Shown here piece after piece: positions 1-7,036 of a stretch of DNA of 37,821 bases (positions are counted from its first letter, which is position 1; the number at the start of each line of letters is the position of its first letter). The stretch is from a virus. Taxonomy: Duplodnaviria > Caudoviricetes. The stretch lies in IMG/VR virus record IMGVR_UViG_3300036987_000119, positions 1-37,821 of that record; one strand, written 5' to 3'. The notes beneath the pieces are model-generated. The model did not search any database. It saw only the letters and a list, made by a program, of their open reading frames with translations, and was not told the DNA's origin. The position numbers were made by a program, and so were the translations under genes.

Positions 1-90
1 GTGCGGGTCGAGCGCGAAGGAAAAAAGATCAGCAAGGTCAACGTCGACGATGTACGCTTGGTCTTGCAGGGGAATGCGCCCAGAAACTGA
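1..90 (+). CDS. 3' end of an unidentified host gene (partial)
   Basis: Open frame from base 1 (VRVEREGKKISKVNVDDVRLVLQGNAPRN) to TGA at 88-90, immediately followed by a strong hairpin. Confidence 0.55.
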   Translation: MRVEREGKKISKVNVDDVRLVLQGNAPRN

Positions 91-99
91 AGGGCTGTG

Positions 100-128
100 T
101 CGCCCCGTCACCGGAAGTGACGGGGCGA
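100..128. terminator. GC-rich hairpin between convergent host genes, probable terminator
   Basis: Perfect 12-bp stem TCGCCCCGTCAC / GTGACGGGGCGA with loop CGGAA; T-run about 8 nt downstream. Confidence 0.6.
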
Positions 129-280
129 TGGCCAGGTTTTTGACAAGGGGCGCAATGATGACCATCTTTTGACACTTGTCCAGACCCTGTCACGGCAATC
201 CGCCTTCAGGCTGCGCCAGGTTTATCGCATCTCAACCCTCTTGCCCCCGGGCTTTTTTGTCGAGTTGGAGAAAGGGGCTT

Positions 281-1348
281 TTATTCGGTTTTTCTGCCGC
301 CGTAGCCCTTGAGGGTCTGGTGCGCGTAACGAAGCATCCGTTCGGTGTCCGCCCAACCGATGCATTTGTCGGTGATGGAGACGCCATATTTCAGCTTGGA
401 AAAGTCCTCGCAGGTCGGCTGATTGCCCGCTTCGAGGTTGCTTTCGACCATGACGGCGCAAATGCTGCGGTTGCCGGCGCCGATCTGCTCGATGACATCC
501 TTGAGGACGGCTTCCTGTCTTTCGTGGTCCTTGTTGCTGTTGGCATGGCTGCAGTCGACCATGATCCGGATCGGCAGGCCGGCTTTGCCGAGCATTTCCT
601 CGGTGCGACGAATGTCCTCGGCCTGGAAGTTGGGGCCGTGGTTGCCGCCGCGCAGAACGATATGCACGTCGCTGTTTCCGGCGGTGGAGACGATGGCGTT
701 GCGGCCGTCATTGTCGATGCCGAGAAAGTTGTGGGGGTGCAATGCGGCGTTCATGGCGTCGATGGCGATTTGCAGGTTGCCGTCGGTGCCGTTCTTGAAG
801 CCGACGGGAAAGGAAAGGCCGCTGGCCATTTCCCGATGAACCTGGGACTCGGTGGTGCGGGCGCCGATCGCCCCCCAGCTGATCGCGTCCGCCAGATAAT
901 GGGGAGTGATGGGATCGAGCATTTCGCAGGCGACGGGAAGGTCCAGTTCGGTGATGGCACAAAGGAGACTGCGACCGACACCGAGCCCTTTGGAGATCTG
1001 GTGGGTACCGTTGAGGTCGGGATCGTTGATCAGCCCCTTCCAGCCAATGGTGGTGCGAGGCTTTTCGAAGTAGAGGCGCATGACCAGGAACAGTTGGTCG
1101 GAAAGTTGCCGGTTCAGGCGGGCAAGGCGCTCGGCGTATTCGACGGCGGCCCTGGGGTCGTGGATGGAGCAGGGGCCGACGATCACCATCAACCGTGGGT
1201 CTTTGTGGTTGAGAATGTTGGTGATCTGCTCCCTGGCCTGGTGAACGAACTCGGCGCCGTGTACCGAAAGAGGAAAGACCTGTTTCAGGTCGGCGGGGGC
1301 GATAATCGGCGCCGTGCGGCGAATGCGAAGGTTGTGAGTGCGTTTCAT
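281..1348 (-). CDS. aroG: 3-deoxy-7-phosphoheptulonate (DAHP) synthase, class I-alpha
   Basis: Hallmark motifs VGPCSIHD, YFEKPRTTIGWKGLINDP, IGARTTESQVHRE, GFKNGTDG, VDCSHANS, YGVSITDKCIGW. The isozyme (aroF/G/H) cannot be determined by eye. Confidence 0.95.
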   Translation of the reverse strand: MKRTHNLRIRRTAPIIAPADLKQVFPLSVHGAEFVHQAREQITNILNHKDPRLMVIVGPCSIHDPRAAVEYAERLARLNRQLSDQLFLVMRLYFEKPRTTIGWKGLINDPDLNGTHQISKGLGVGRSLLCAITELDLPVACEMLDPITPHYLADAISWGAIGARTTESQVHREMASGLSFPVGFKNGTDGNLQIAIDAMNAALHPHNFLGIDNDGRNAIVSTAGNSDVHIVLRGGNHGPNFQAEDIRRTEEMLGKAGLPIRIMVDCSHANSNKDHERQEAVLKDVIEQIGAGNRSICAVMVESNLEAGNQPTCEDFSKLKYGVSITDKCIGWADTERMLRYAHQTLKGYGGRKTE

Positions 1349-1531
1349 GGTTTCCCCTTTGTGGTCATTTGAAGGTCGCCCCTGTCCGGTGACAGATTTT
1401 GGCCGCCCAATCTAGCGGTTTTTGGAGGGAAAGTCAAAATCCTAATCGGCCTCATGACCACCTATCTTGGATTCGACGCCCCCGGGGGTGACGGGGGATG
1501 ACAAACGGAGAGGCTGGGAAATGCTAAATGT

Positions 1532-1566
1532 GATGTTGGCGATGGTTGGCGGATGGTTGGCGATGG
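1532..1566 (+). repeat. Three-plus imperfect 9-11-bp tandem repeats (GATGGTTGGC-like) near the left end; candidate transposase-binding region
   Basis: gatgttggc / gatggttggc / ggatggttggc / gatgg seen directly; function inferred from position. Confidence 0.6.
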
Positions 1567-1589
1567 GTTATTTTCGGGCCGTTTTCAAA

Positions 1590-1733
1590 TTATTTTTGAT
1601 TGGTCGGATTGCCTCCGGGCGCTGGCGGATTGTGGGTGTTTTTTGAAACGTAAATATTGATCGTCAGGTTCTGGATGATGTGCCCGCCGGCTTGAAAATT
1701 TTTGGCGCCGCGGACCCGTTGCGCGCTGCTCAT
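1590..1733 (-). CDS. 47-aa peptide (below the ORF-track cutoff) carrying the QxxxGxxNxQAG motif
   Basis: Manual translation MSSAQRVRGAKNFQAGGHIIQNLTINIYVSKNTHNPPAPGGNPTNQK; AGGAGG 7 nt upstream of ATG; co-oriented last gene of the leftward operon. Confidence 0.7.
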   Translation of the reverse strand: MSSAQRVRGAKNFQAGGHIIQNLTINIYVSKNTHNPPAPGGNPTNQK

Positions 1734-1769
1734 TTGACCCCCTCCTGATGGCTGACCTCTACAGTTTAT

Positions 1770-2744
1770 TCACAATTCCACTTCTTTTGCGTCGATGATG
1801 ACCGCCTTGGTGATTTCCCCCCGCAACTCGTGCCCGTTTATCGTCAGATAGATCGGCTTTTTCTGCCACTCCGCATCGCGAATGACGGCGAGGTTTTTCT
1901 CTCGCTGAGCGATGAACCCCTCTTGCAGCTCGGCCGTGCATGTTCTCCCGTCTTCCAGTCTTATCTCCACGAAGAAGCCTTGCGGCTTTGAACTGTCGAC
2001 CTTGAGAATCCGGCAGGCGCCATTGAGCTGAACCTCCTGGGAGCGTTCTCGCGGGTTGCGAACCAGCTCTTGGGCCAACTCTTTCGGAATCGTGTGCCCG
2101 CCAACTTCGACAGAATCGGCCCGGGTCGACACCTTCAGCAGCGTGTTGTAGAACTCCCGCATATCTTCGCGGGTTTCCCGCAGCTCGGGGCGCATATCCA
2201 TGGCTTGAACCAGCAAAGCATTTCTCTTGTAGTCAAGCTCCTGGGCAAACTGCTGGGCCTCGATCTGGCGTTGGTCCTTCTGTTCCTGGAGATACGTTTT
2301 CAAGCAGGAGTCGGCCCCCCACATCAACGCAACGGAGACCAGAACAATCGTCCAATGTTTGGCTTCCATCTTTTTCACCATCCCCGTTGTCAGCTTGTCA
2401 ATCGCCTTGGCAAAAATCGCCGTCAGGTCAGTAGATCCGGGCCCGACCTGGACAAAAAAATCCAACGCCGCCTTTTCGTCCTTGGTCAATGCTGCGGCGG
2501 TCCCTTTTCCTAAATATACCTGAGCATAGGTTCTGTAAATATCTCTTTGCAACTGAATAAACGCATCCATGATGCGCGGCGTCAACGATGAATTGAATTC
2601 GTCGCCGTTCAGCTTGACCTTGATCGCCGGCCATCCCTCAAAACTGATCTCGGCCAGGTCCGATGAAATGCGGTCTTCGAGAGCGCTCTGTAGAGCCTCC
2701 CACGCCTCTTCTTCGTTTCTTATGCGCAGGGCAAGTGCAGACAT
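1770..2744 (-). CDS. Hypothetical 324-aa protein with one central hydrophobic helix and a beta-rich C-terminus (accessory gene)
   Basis: Long ORF, RBS AGGAGG, segment WTIVLVSVALMWG; no family recognised. Confidence 0.8.
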   Translation of the reverse strand: MSALALRIRNEEEAWEALQSALEDRISSDLAEISFEGWPAIKVKLNGDEFNSSLTPRIMDAFIQLQRDIYRTYAQVYLGKGTAAALTKDEKAALDFFVQVGPGSTDLTAIFAKAIDKLTTGMVKKMEAKHWTIVLVSVALMWGADSCLKTYLQEQKDQRQIEAQQFAQELDYKRNALLVQAMDMRPELRETREDMREFYNTLLKVSTRADSVEVGGHTIPKELAQELVRNPRERSQEVQLNGACRILKVDSSKPQGFFVEIRLEDGRTCTAELQEGFIAQREKNLAVIRDAEWQKKPIYLTINGHELRGEITKAVIIDAKEVEL

Positions 2745-2778
2745 CGGGCCCCTCCTGTGGGGATAGTCGTCAAAATGG

Positions 2779-3192
2779 TCACTCGCCGCCGATCCGGCTC
2801 AGCAGCTTGCGGCGGAACAGCTCGGCGAGCACGTCCTGGTGAGCGCGAAGGTCGAGTTTGATGAGGGCGCGGGTCTGGATCTGGCGGATGGCCAGAGCGG
2901 AGGCTCCGGCGATGGCGGCGACTCCGAGGAGAGAATATCCCCATCGGCCAAGGAAAGCACCGCCATAGGCCAGCATCGCCCCGGTGAGGAAGAGGAGGAA
3001 GAGCAGATAGAGGATTTCATCGACCCGGGCGAGACGCCGTCGTGTGGATTTCATGGAGTCGAGGGTGCGTGCCGTGGCCTGGTCGAGATCGGACGGAAAG
3101 GTGGGATCGCCCAGCAGGGCGATGATATGGATGTCGCGCGCGGCCTGAAGATTGCCGTTGCCGTAGATGTACTGACGGAAATGGTCGAACAT
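2779..3192 (-). CDS. Two-TM membrane protein with N-terminal QYIYGNGNLQAARDI motif
   Basis: ATG at 3192 preceded by GGAGGGG; two hydrophobic helices (ILYLLFLLFLTGAMLAYGGAFL, YSLLGVAAIAGASALAI). Confidence 0.8.
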   Translation of the reverse strand: MFDHFRQYIYGNGNLQAARDIHIIALLGDPTFPSDLDQATARTLDSMKSTRRRLARVDEILYLLFLLFLTGAMLAYGGAFLGRWGYSLLGVAAIAGASALAIRQIQTRALIKLDLRAHQDVLAELFRRKLLSRIGGE

Positions 3193-3237
3193 GTTCCCCT
3201 CCGAGTGGTCCAAAGTGTTCAATAAATAGAAAAGCGA

Positions 3238-3777
3238 TCAGTCGGGCCGTTTGTCGTCGGTGTAGAAACACCAGGGCCGCAACTGGTTTACATAGAGAGG
3301 CTTGTTTCCGACCGCCGCCTTGGCCTCGTCGCAGGTCGGCCAATGGTCGCTTTTGCCGAGCAGATAGTCGAGGCGCTCCCACAACATATTATAGGGGATG
3401 GCCGTGTTGAACAGCTCCGTCCCGGTTTGTATTCCGATCCCCCCCGAATGCTCTTCCACCTGGGCCTTTACCAGCACCCCATCCTGGTCGGGGGTGGCGC
3501 GAACATCCCAAATGAAGTTCCCGGAGGGAGCGATGAAGACCAGATAAACATCATATCGACGGTTCGCCTTGAGCCCGTCGGACGTGTAGGCATAGGTGTA
3601 GTCGGAACCATCCGATAAATCGAAAATAGATTCAACCCGCTGTAAAATCTGGCCCTGCGTTACCCCCGGATAATGTCTTTGGGTCGCGATGAGAGCTTCT
3701 TCCCGCGACATTTGCGGAGGGGGAACAGCGCAGCCGAAAAGGGCCGCTGCCAGCATGATAAGTAAACCATTTTTCAC
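3238..3777 (-). CDS. Lipoprotein, possible superinfection-exclusion factor
   Basis: Signal peptide with lipobox LFG-C (MKNGLLIMLAAALFGC); start overlaps the HNH gene stop; function inferred from location only. Confidence 0.8.
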   Translation of the reverse strand: MKNGLLIMLAAALFGCAVPPPQMSREEALIATQRHYPGVTQGQILQRVESIFDLSDGSDYTYAYTSDGLKANRRYDVYLVFIAPSGNFIWDVRATPDQDGVLVKAQVEEHSGGIGIQTGTELFNTAIPYNMLWERLDYLLGKSDHWPTCDEAKAAVGNKPLYVNQLRPWCFYTDDKRPD

Positions 3778-4544
3778 CGGGACAGCCCCTCCACCCGCAC
3801 CCGCCCACCATGCTTTTCCTTGCAGGACCTTGTCGGGTCACATTCAATGGCATATTTGTTTTTTACATACCCCCACCACCATTGGAACTCGTCGCCGTAG
3901 AAATTGCTGTCGGAATACTCCAGGCCGCATGCCTTGCAAATCAATGATTTGTTGAGGCTTTCCGGTATATATTTGCCATCGCCAGCGTCAACCTTGTATT
4001 CAATCGTGAAGTCGGAATTACCACATTTACAGCCGGCGATTACTGCCGTGAAGTGCTTCCAAAACATTTCTTGTCGCGGTAGCCTGACTTTGTTTACGTA
4101 AATCCTTGATTCTTCGGACTTAGATGACCAGTCGATCCTATCCCACTCTTCGCGCGAAAGTTTGTGCCGGTCAAATAGATGGTGGTGGTTCGCACAGAGT
4201 GTGACGTAGTTGTCTGCCTTGTCCGCCCCTCCATGGTTGCGGGGTATGATGTGGCATTGATGAAGCACCCTGACTTGGCCACAGACCTCACAAGGGTTGA
4301 ACCTCTGGATAAATGATTGACCGGGGTTCTCATCCCACTGGGGATATTTGGTTAAGTCAATATTTAGGTCAAACTTGTCGCGCAGGATTTCCTTCCGGTA
4401 GATATCGGCAACCCTCATCAGCACTTCGTTGAACAATTCCTGTATGGAATTTTGAATTTTTTCAGGCAAAAGCTGATTGTTTTCCCGGAAAAAAGACATC
4501 AGCATTGGCTGAACCTTTGGGTAGAACTTGTTTAATGCATCCAC
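3774..4544 (-). CDS. HNH endonuclease domain protein with an additional C-terminal Cys cluster
   Basis: CEVCG...HQCHIIPRNHGGADKADNYVTLCANHHHLFD is a Zn-binding HNH signature; further CKCG and CKAC pairs; visibly AT-richer than the phage core. Confidence 0.88.
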   Translation of the reverse strand: MDALNKFYPKVQPMLMSFFRENNQLLPEKIQNSIQELFNEVLMRVADIYRKEILRDKFDLNIDLTKYPQWDENPGQSFIQRFNPCEVCGQVRVLHQCHIIPRNHGGADKADNYVTLCANHHHLFDRHKLSREEWDRIDWSSKSEESRIYVNKVRLPRQEMFWKHFTAVIAGCKCGNSDFTIEYKVDAGDGKYIPESLNKSLICKACGLEYSDSNFYGDEFQWWWGYVKNKYAIECDPTRSCKEKHGGRVRVEGLSR

Positions 4545-4546
4545 CC

Positions 4547-4978
4547 TTACGCCCCCTCGCTCAACCTCTTCCTGATTTCCTCAATAGCCTTCGGCGCTAG
4601 ATAGTCAGCCAGGACGCGGACGACCTGGTCGACATCGACCGTCGCGGCGCCCTGCCGTGATTCGTCGGCATACACCCCGCCGACAACCTTCCCATTGATG
4701 CTTCCCCCCGCCTGAATATTCCCGTTCCCCGTCGCCACCTGGTAGGTCGAAAAGTCTTCCTTGCGGCTGACCATTTCGCCCTGGCCGGTAATCAGCCATT
4801 CGATGTTGACCCAGGGGAAGGCTTCTTTTAGCACCAGGAAGAACTTTGGAGCCGGTTGGCTGTCCCCTCGCAAATAGGCAAAGAAAATAGATCGGCTCAC
4901 CCCTGTTTTTTCAAGGATGTCTTTCTTTTTGAGGCCAGAAGCCTCGCAGAAAAGTTCTAGCCTGTCAGAAAAAGACAT
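4547..4978 (-). CDS. Prophage repressor (Xre/CI-type HTH, no S24 peptidase domain)
   Basis: MSFSDRLELFCEASGLKKKDILEKTGVSRSIFFAYLRG...VNIEWLITGQGEM is a typical CI N-domain; divergent from a ner-like gene; start moved to ATG 4978. Confidence 0.88.
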   Translation of the reverse strand: MSFSDRLELFCEASGLKKKDILEKTGVSRSIFFAYLRGDSQPAPKFFLVLKEAFPWVNIEWLITGQGEMVSRKEDFSTYQVATGNGNIQAGGSINGKVVGGVYADESRQGAATVDVDQVVRVLADYLAPKAIEEIRKRLSEGA

Positions 4979-5001
4979 AATTATTAGGTAGATACAAAAA
5001 A

Positions 5002-5054
5002 AGTATAGATGACCGCACTTTTTTCTTGATAAGTGCGGCATAACGCACTATTGT
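5002..5054. promoter_or_regulatory. Genetic switch: two 18-bp operator-like sites and divergent promoters
   Basis: AGTATAGATGACCGCACT (5002-5019) and the palindrome AGTGCG-GCATAA-CGCACT (5032-5049); rightward TTGATA-N17-TATTGT (5026-5054); leftward -10 TATACT (5002-5007). Confidence 0.75.
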
Positions 5055-5119
5055 CTTCAGCAACACAAAGAAAAAGCCGCGAAAGATTAGCCCATCAAAC
5101 CCAAAAAAAGGAGGTCTCT

Positions 5120-5359
5120 ATGAAACCCCTGGATATCCGAATCGCCCTGATGCGTGCCGGTGTTCGTCAGACCGACATCGCCGCCGCCGCTGGTGTCACC
5201 CCTGGGCATGTCGCGTGTGTGCTCGACCGCAAGTCGAAGTCGGACCGTGTGCAGCGGCTGATCGCCAAGGCTCTGGAGATGTCGGTGGAGCAGGTATTCC
5301 CCGACATCTACGTGGCGAAACCGCGAGCGCAGCGGGTGCGTGAGCGACTGGCAAGCTGA
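5120..5359 (+). CDS. ner: Ner/Cro-like HTH regulator
   Basis: MKPLDIRIALMRAGVRQTDIA...RLIAKALEMSVEQVFPDIY matches the Ner/Nlp pattern; RBS AAGGAGGT; divergent from the repressor. Confidence 0.82.
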   Translation: MKPLDIRIALMRAGVRQTDIAAAAGVTPGHVACVLDRKSKSDRVQRLIAKALEMSVEQVFPDIYVAKPRAQRVRERLAS

Positions 5360-5411
5360 CGGTATCACAGCCGAATCGAAATTTGAACATTTTTTAACAG
5401 GAGGAACGGTC

Positions 5412-5906
5412 GTGTCCATTGTCAAGGTCTCCCCGTTAGAGATTGCCCCGACTTGCTTGCCGAAAGTCTCTTTCATGCGCCGGGTTAGTCCGGCGGGGAC
5501 GGTTTCTTTTGCGGGGCATTGGTATGCAGTTCCGGAAACTTGCCGCGCTTTTGATCGGGTCGAGGTGTTGCTCGATCGGACCTCGGATCTTCCGCGAGTG
5601 TTTCTATGTGTTGAAGGCGAAGATCCAATTCTACTAGGAGACTATAAATCCGCTCCAGACAGTCTTTCTTCAGTCCCGCCGTTTCACAGTCAGGCCGGTA
5701 CAGCCCCTCTTCCGAACAGTACTGGGCATTCGGGCAATCGGAAAAAGCGCGGTAGTCGCCGGGGACGATCCACCGCTTCCCATCGCGCGGCGGGTAGTAG
5801 GAAACGGCGGTCATCGCCGCGCCGCACCAGGGGCATTTGTGCCTGTAGCGCCCTTCGCGGGCATATCTGCGCGAGCGGTCCCATGTCTCCGGCTCAGGGT
5901 CGTTGA
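5412..5906 (+). CDS. Hypothetical protein with a transposase C-terminal-like beta-barrel segment
   Basis: AGGAGG 7 nt before an in-frame GTG at 5412; RRVSPAGTVSFAGHWYAVP resembles RTVDGNKSISFEGKTYRL of the transposase in this window; 3' part overlaps an antisense ORF. Confidence 0.5.
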   Translation: MSIVKVSPLEIAPTCLPKVSFMRRVSPAGTVSFAGHWYAVPETCRAFDRVEVLLDRTSDLPRVFLCVEGEDPILLGDYKSAPDSLSSVPPFHSQAGTAPLPNSTGHSGNRKKRGSRRGRSTASHRAAGSRKRRSSPRRTRGICACSALRGHICASGPMSPAQGR

Positions 5907-5952
5907 AGTGGTGGGTTTGTAAACAATTTTCGTTCAGACAGGCGAATTCCAT
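5485..5952 (-). CDS. Cys-rich hypothetical protein, antisense to the early operon
   Basis: RBS AGGAGGT before ATG; CxxxxC and CPWC motifs; has its own predicted promoter. Confidence 0.7.
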   Translation of the reverse strand: MEFACLNENCLQTHHFNDPEPETWDRSRRYAREGRYRHKCPWCGAAMTAVSYYPPRDGKRWIVPGDYRAFSDCPNAQYCSEEGLYRPDCETAGLKKDCLERIYSLLVELDLRLQHIETLAEDPRSDRATPRPDQKRGKFPELHTNAPQKKPSPPD

Positions 5953-5981
5953 GACCGACCTCCTGGATGGGTGATGGTCAC

Positions 5982-6010
5982 AGCGTAACAGGGTGGCACA
6001 ACCCTCTCAA
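5982..6010 (-). promoter_or_regulatory. Leftward sigma70-type promoter
   Basis: TTGAGA (6010-6005), 17-nt spacer, TACGCT (5987-5982), about 30 nt upstream of ATG 5952. Confidence 0.65.
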
Positions 6011-6062
6011 CGTCTAACCGCCAATTTTGTTTTGAGACTTACGGGTAGAGGAGACCCCTGCA

Positions 6063-6599
6063 ATGACGAGGAAATTTTCTTTTTTAGACCCAAACCAGCT
6101 TCCCCTCGATTTCGCCGCCCAGGTGGATGAGTACGTCGAGGTCAAAGTCGACCTGTTCGAGGCCGCAAAAGAGGTCCCGGCCGCGCATGTGGCCGAAAAC
6201 GAGATGGAGGCCTGCATCGAAATCGCCGCGGCGATCAAGCGCACGGTGCGCGAGTGCGGCATGAGCCGCGAGCAGCTGGTGGATGGCATCAATGCCTATT
6301 TCGGCCGCTCCGACGAGGGCGCCGAGGCGGACCCGCCCAACTGTCGGCGCCCGCTCACGATCCACATGCTCAACAATTATCTGTCGAAGCCCTGCGAGTA
6401 TCCCATTCCCGCCTACTACCTGTATGCCATCCACGCCGTGACCGGCATCATCGAGCCGGGGGCGACGATCATCGCGGCGGCCGGCGGGCAGGTGGCGACG
6501 GCCGAGGAAGTGCGGTTGCTCCAGCTCGGCAAGCTCGAGCAGACCCTCGATGAAATGCGGCGGCTGCGGTCCGAATTGCGCGGGAGGGGGAGACGATGA
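6063..6599 (+). CDS. Phage early protein, probable DNA-binding regulator (CII-like)
   Basis: RBS GAGGAG; helical HTH-like segment (GMSREQLVDGIN...TIHMLNNYLS); early-operon position. Confidence 0.7.
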   Translation: MTRKFSFLDPNQLPLDFAAQVDEYVEVKVDLFEAAKEVPAAHVAENEMEACIEIAAAIKRTVRECGMSREQLVDGINAYFGRSDEGAEADPPNCRRPLTIHMLNNYLSKPCEYPIPAYYLYAIHAVTGIIEPGATIIAAAGGQVATAEEVRLLQLGKLEQTLDEMRRLRSELRGRGRR

Positions 6600-6736
6600 G
6601 GTGGGCCGTGGCGGGGTTTCTGTTTGCCGGGCTGATTCTTGGCGGGTCGGAAGGCGCCTGGTGGCCCTGGCCGAATATCGCGGGGCTGTGCGCCCTGCTC
6701 GTTTTCGCCGCGCTGGTGCGGCGCATGGAGGCTTGA
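6596..6736 (+). CDS. Small membrane protein (46 aa, not in the ORF track)
   Basis: MRWAVAGFLFAGLILGGSEGAWWPWPNIAGLCALLVFAALVRRMEA; ATGA overlap with the upstream stop, abuts the next ATG. Confidence 0.65.
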   Translation: MRWAVAGFLFAGLILGGSEGAWWPWPNIAGLCALLVFAALVRRMEA

Positions 6737-7036
6737 ATGACGACATACAGGAGGATCGAGGCGGTGCGGGTCACGGTCTCGATATTGCGGGCGCTTTCCA
6801 ACCAGCGCCAACCGGTCAACGGGCAGGAGCTGGCCCGGGAACTGGATATTCCCGCCGGGACGGTGATGTGCCACCTGGCGACGCTCGAAGATGAGGGGCT
6901 GGTCCGCAGCATCGGCGGCGCCTACGAGCTGGGCATGGGGATGTCCCTGTTTTGGGCCCGGTACAAAAGCCTGGTCGAAGGGAAGATCGACCGGCTCAAC
7001 AACGAACTCAAGCAACTGGAGGTAGACCATGGGTAA
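6737..7036 (+). CDS. IclR-type HTH DNA-binding protein
   Basis: ILRALS...NGQELARELDIPAGTVMCHLATLEDEGLV...YELG is an IclR HTH pattern. Confidence 0.85.
   Translation: MTTYRRIEAVRVTVSILRALSNQRQPVNGQELARELDIPAGTVMCHLATLEDEGLVRSIGGAYELGMGMSLFWARYKSLVEGKIDRLNNELKQLEVDHG

Noticed and set aside
176-1372. 398-aa + strand ORF
   Set aside because: Antisense shadow of the DAHP synthase gene; no independent motifs
1349-1488. tRNA gene or att site at the prophage boundary
   Set aside because: No cloverleaf or integrase; the element integrates by transposition
1532-1566. Short repeats as a possible CRISPR array (also considered for the heptamer arrays)
   Set aside because: Tandem 7-11-bp units without unique spacers; no cas genes
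3420-3450. SGGIGIQTG in the lipoprotein as a fourth copy of the shared motif
   Set aside because: Lacks the leading Q, the N and the QA; too weak, and the protein would be extracytoplasmic
4979-5119. Upstream extensions of the repressor (start 5041) and ner (start 5033) in the ORF track
   Set aside because: They run through the operator/promoter region; better starts exist at 4978 and 5120
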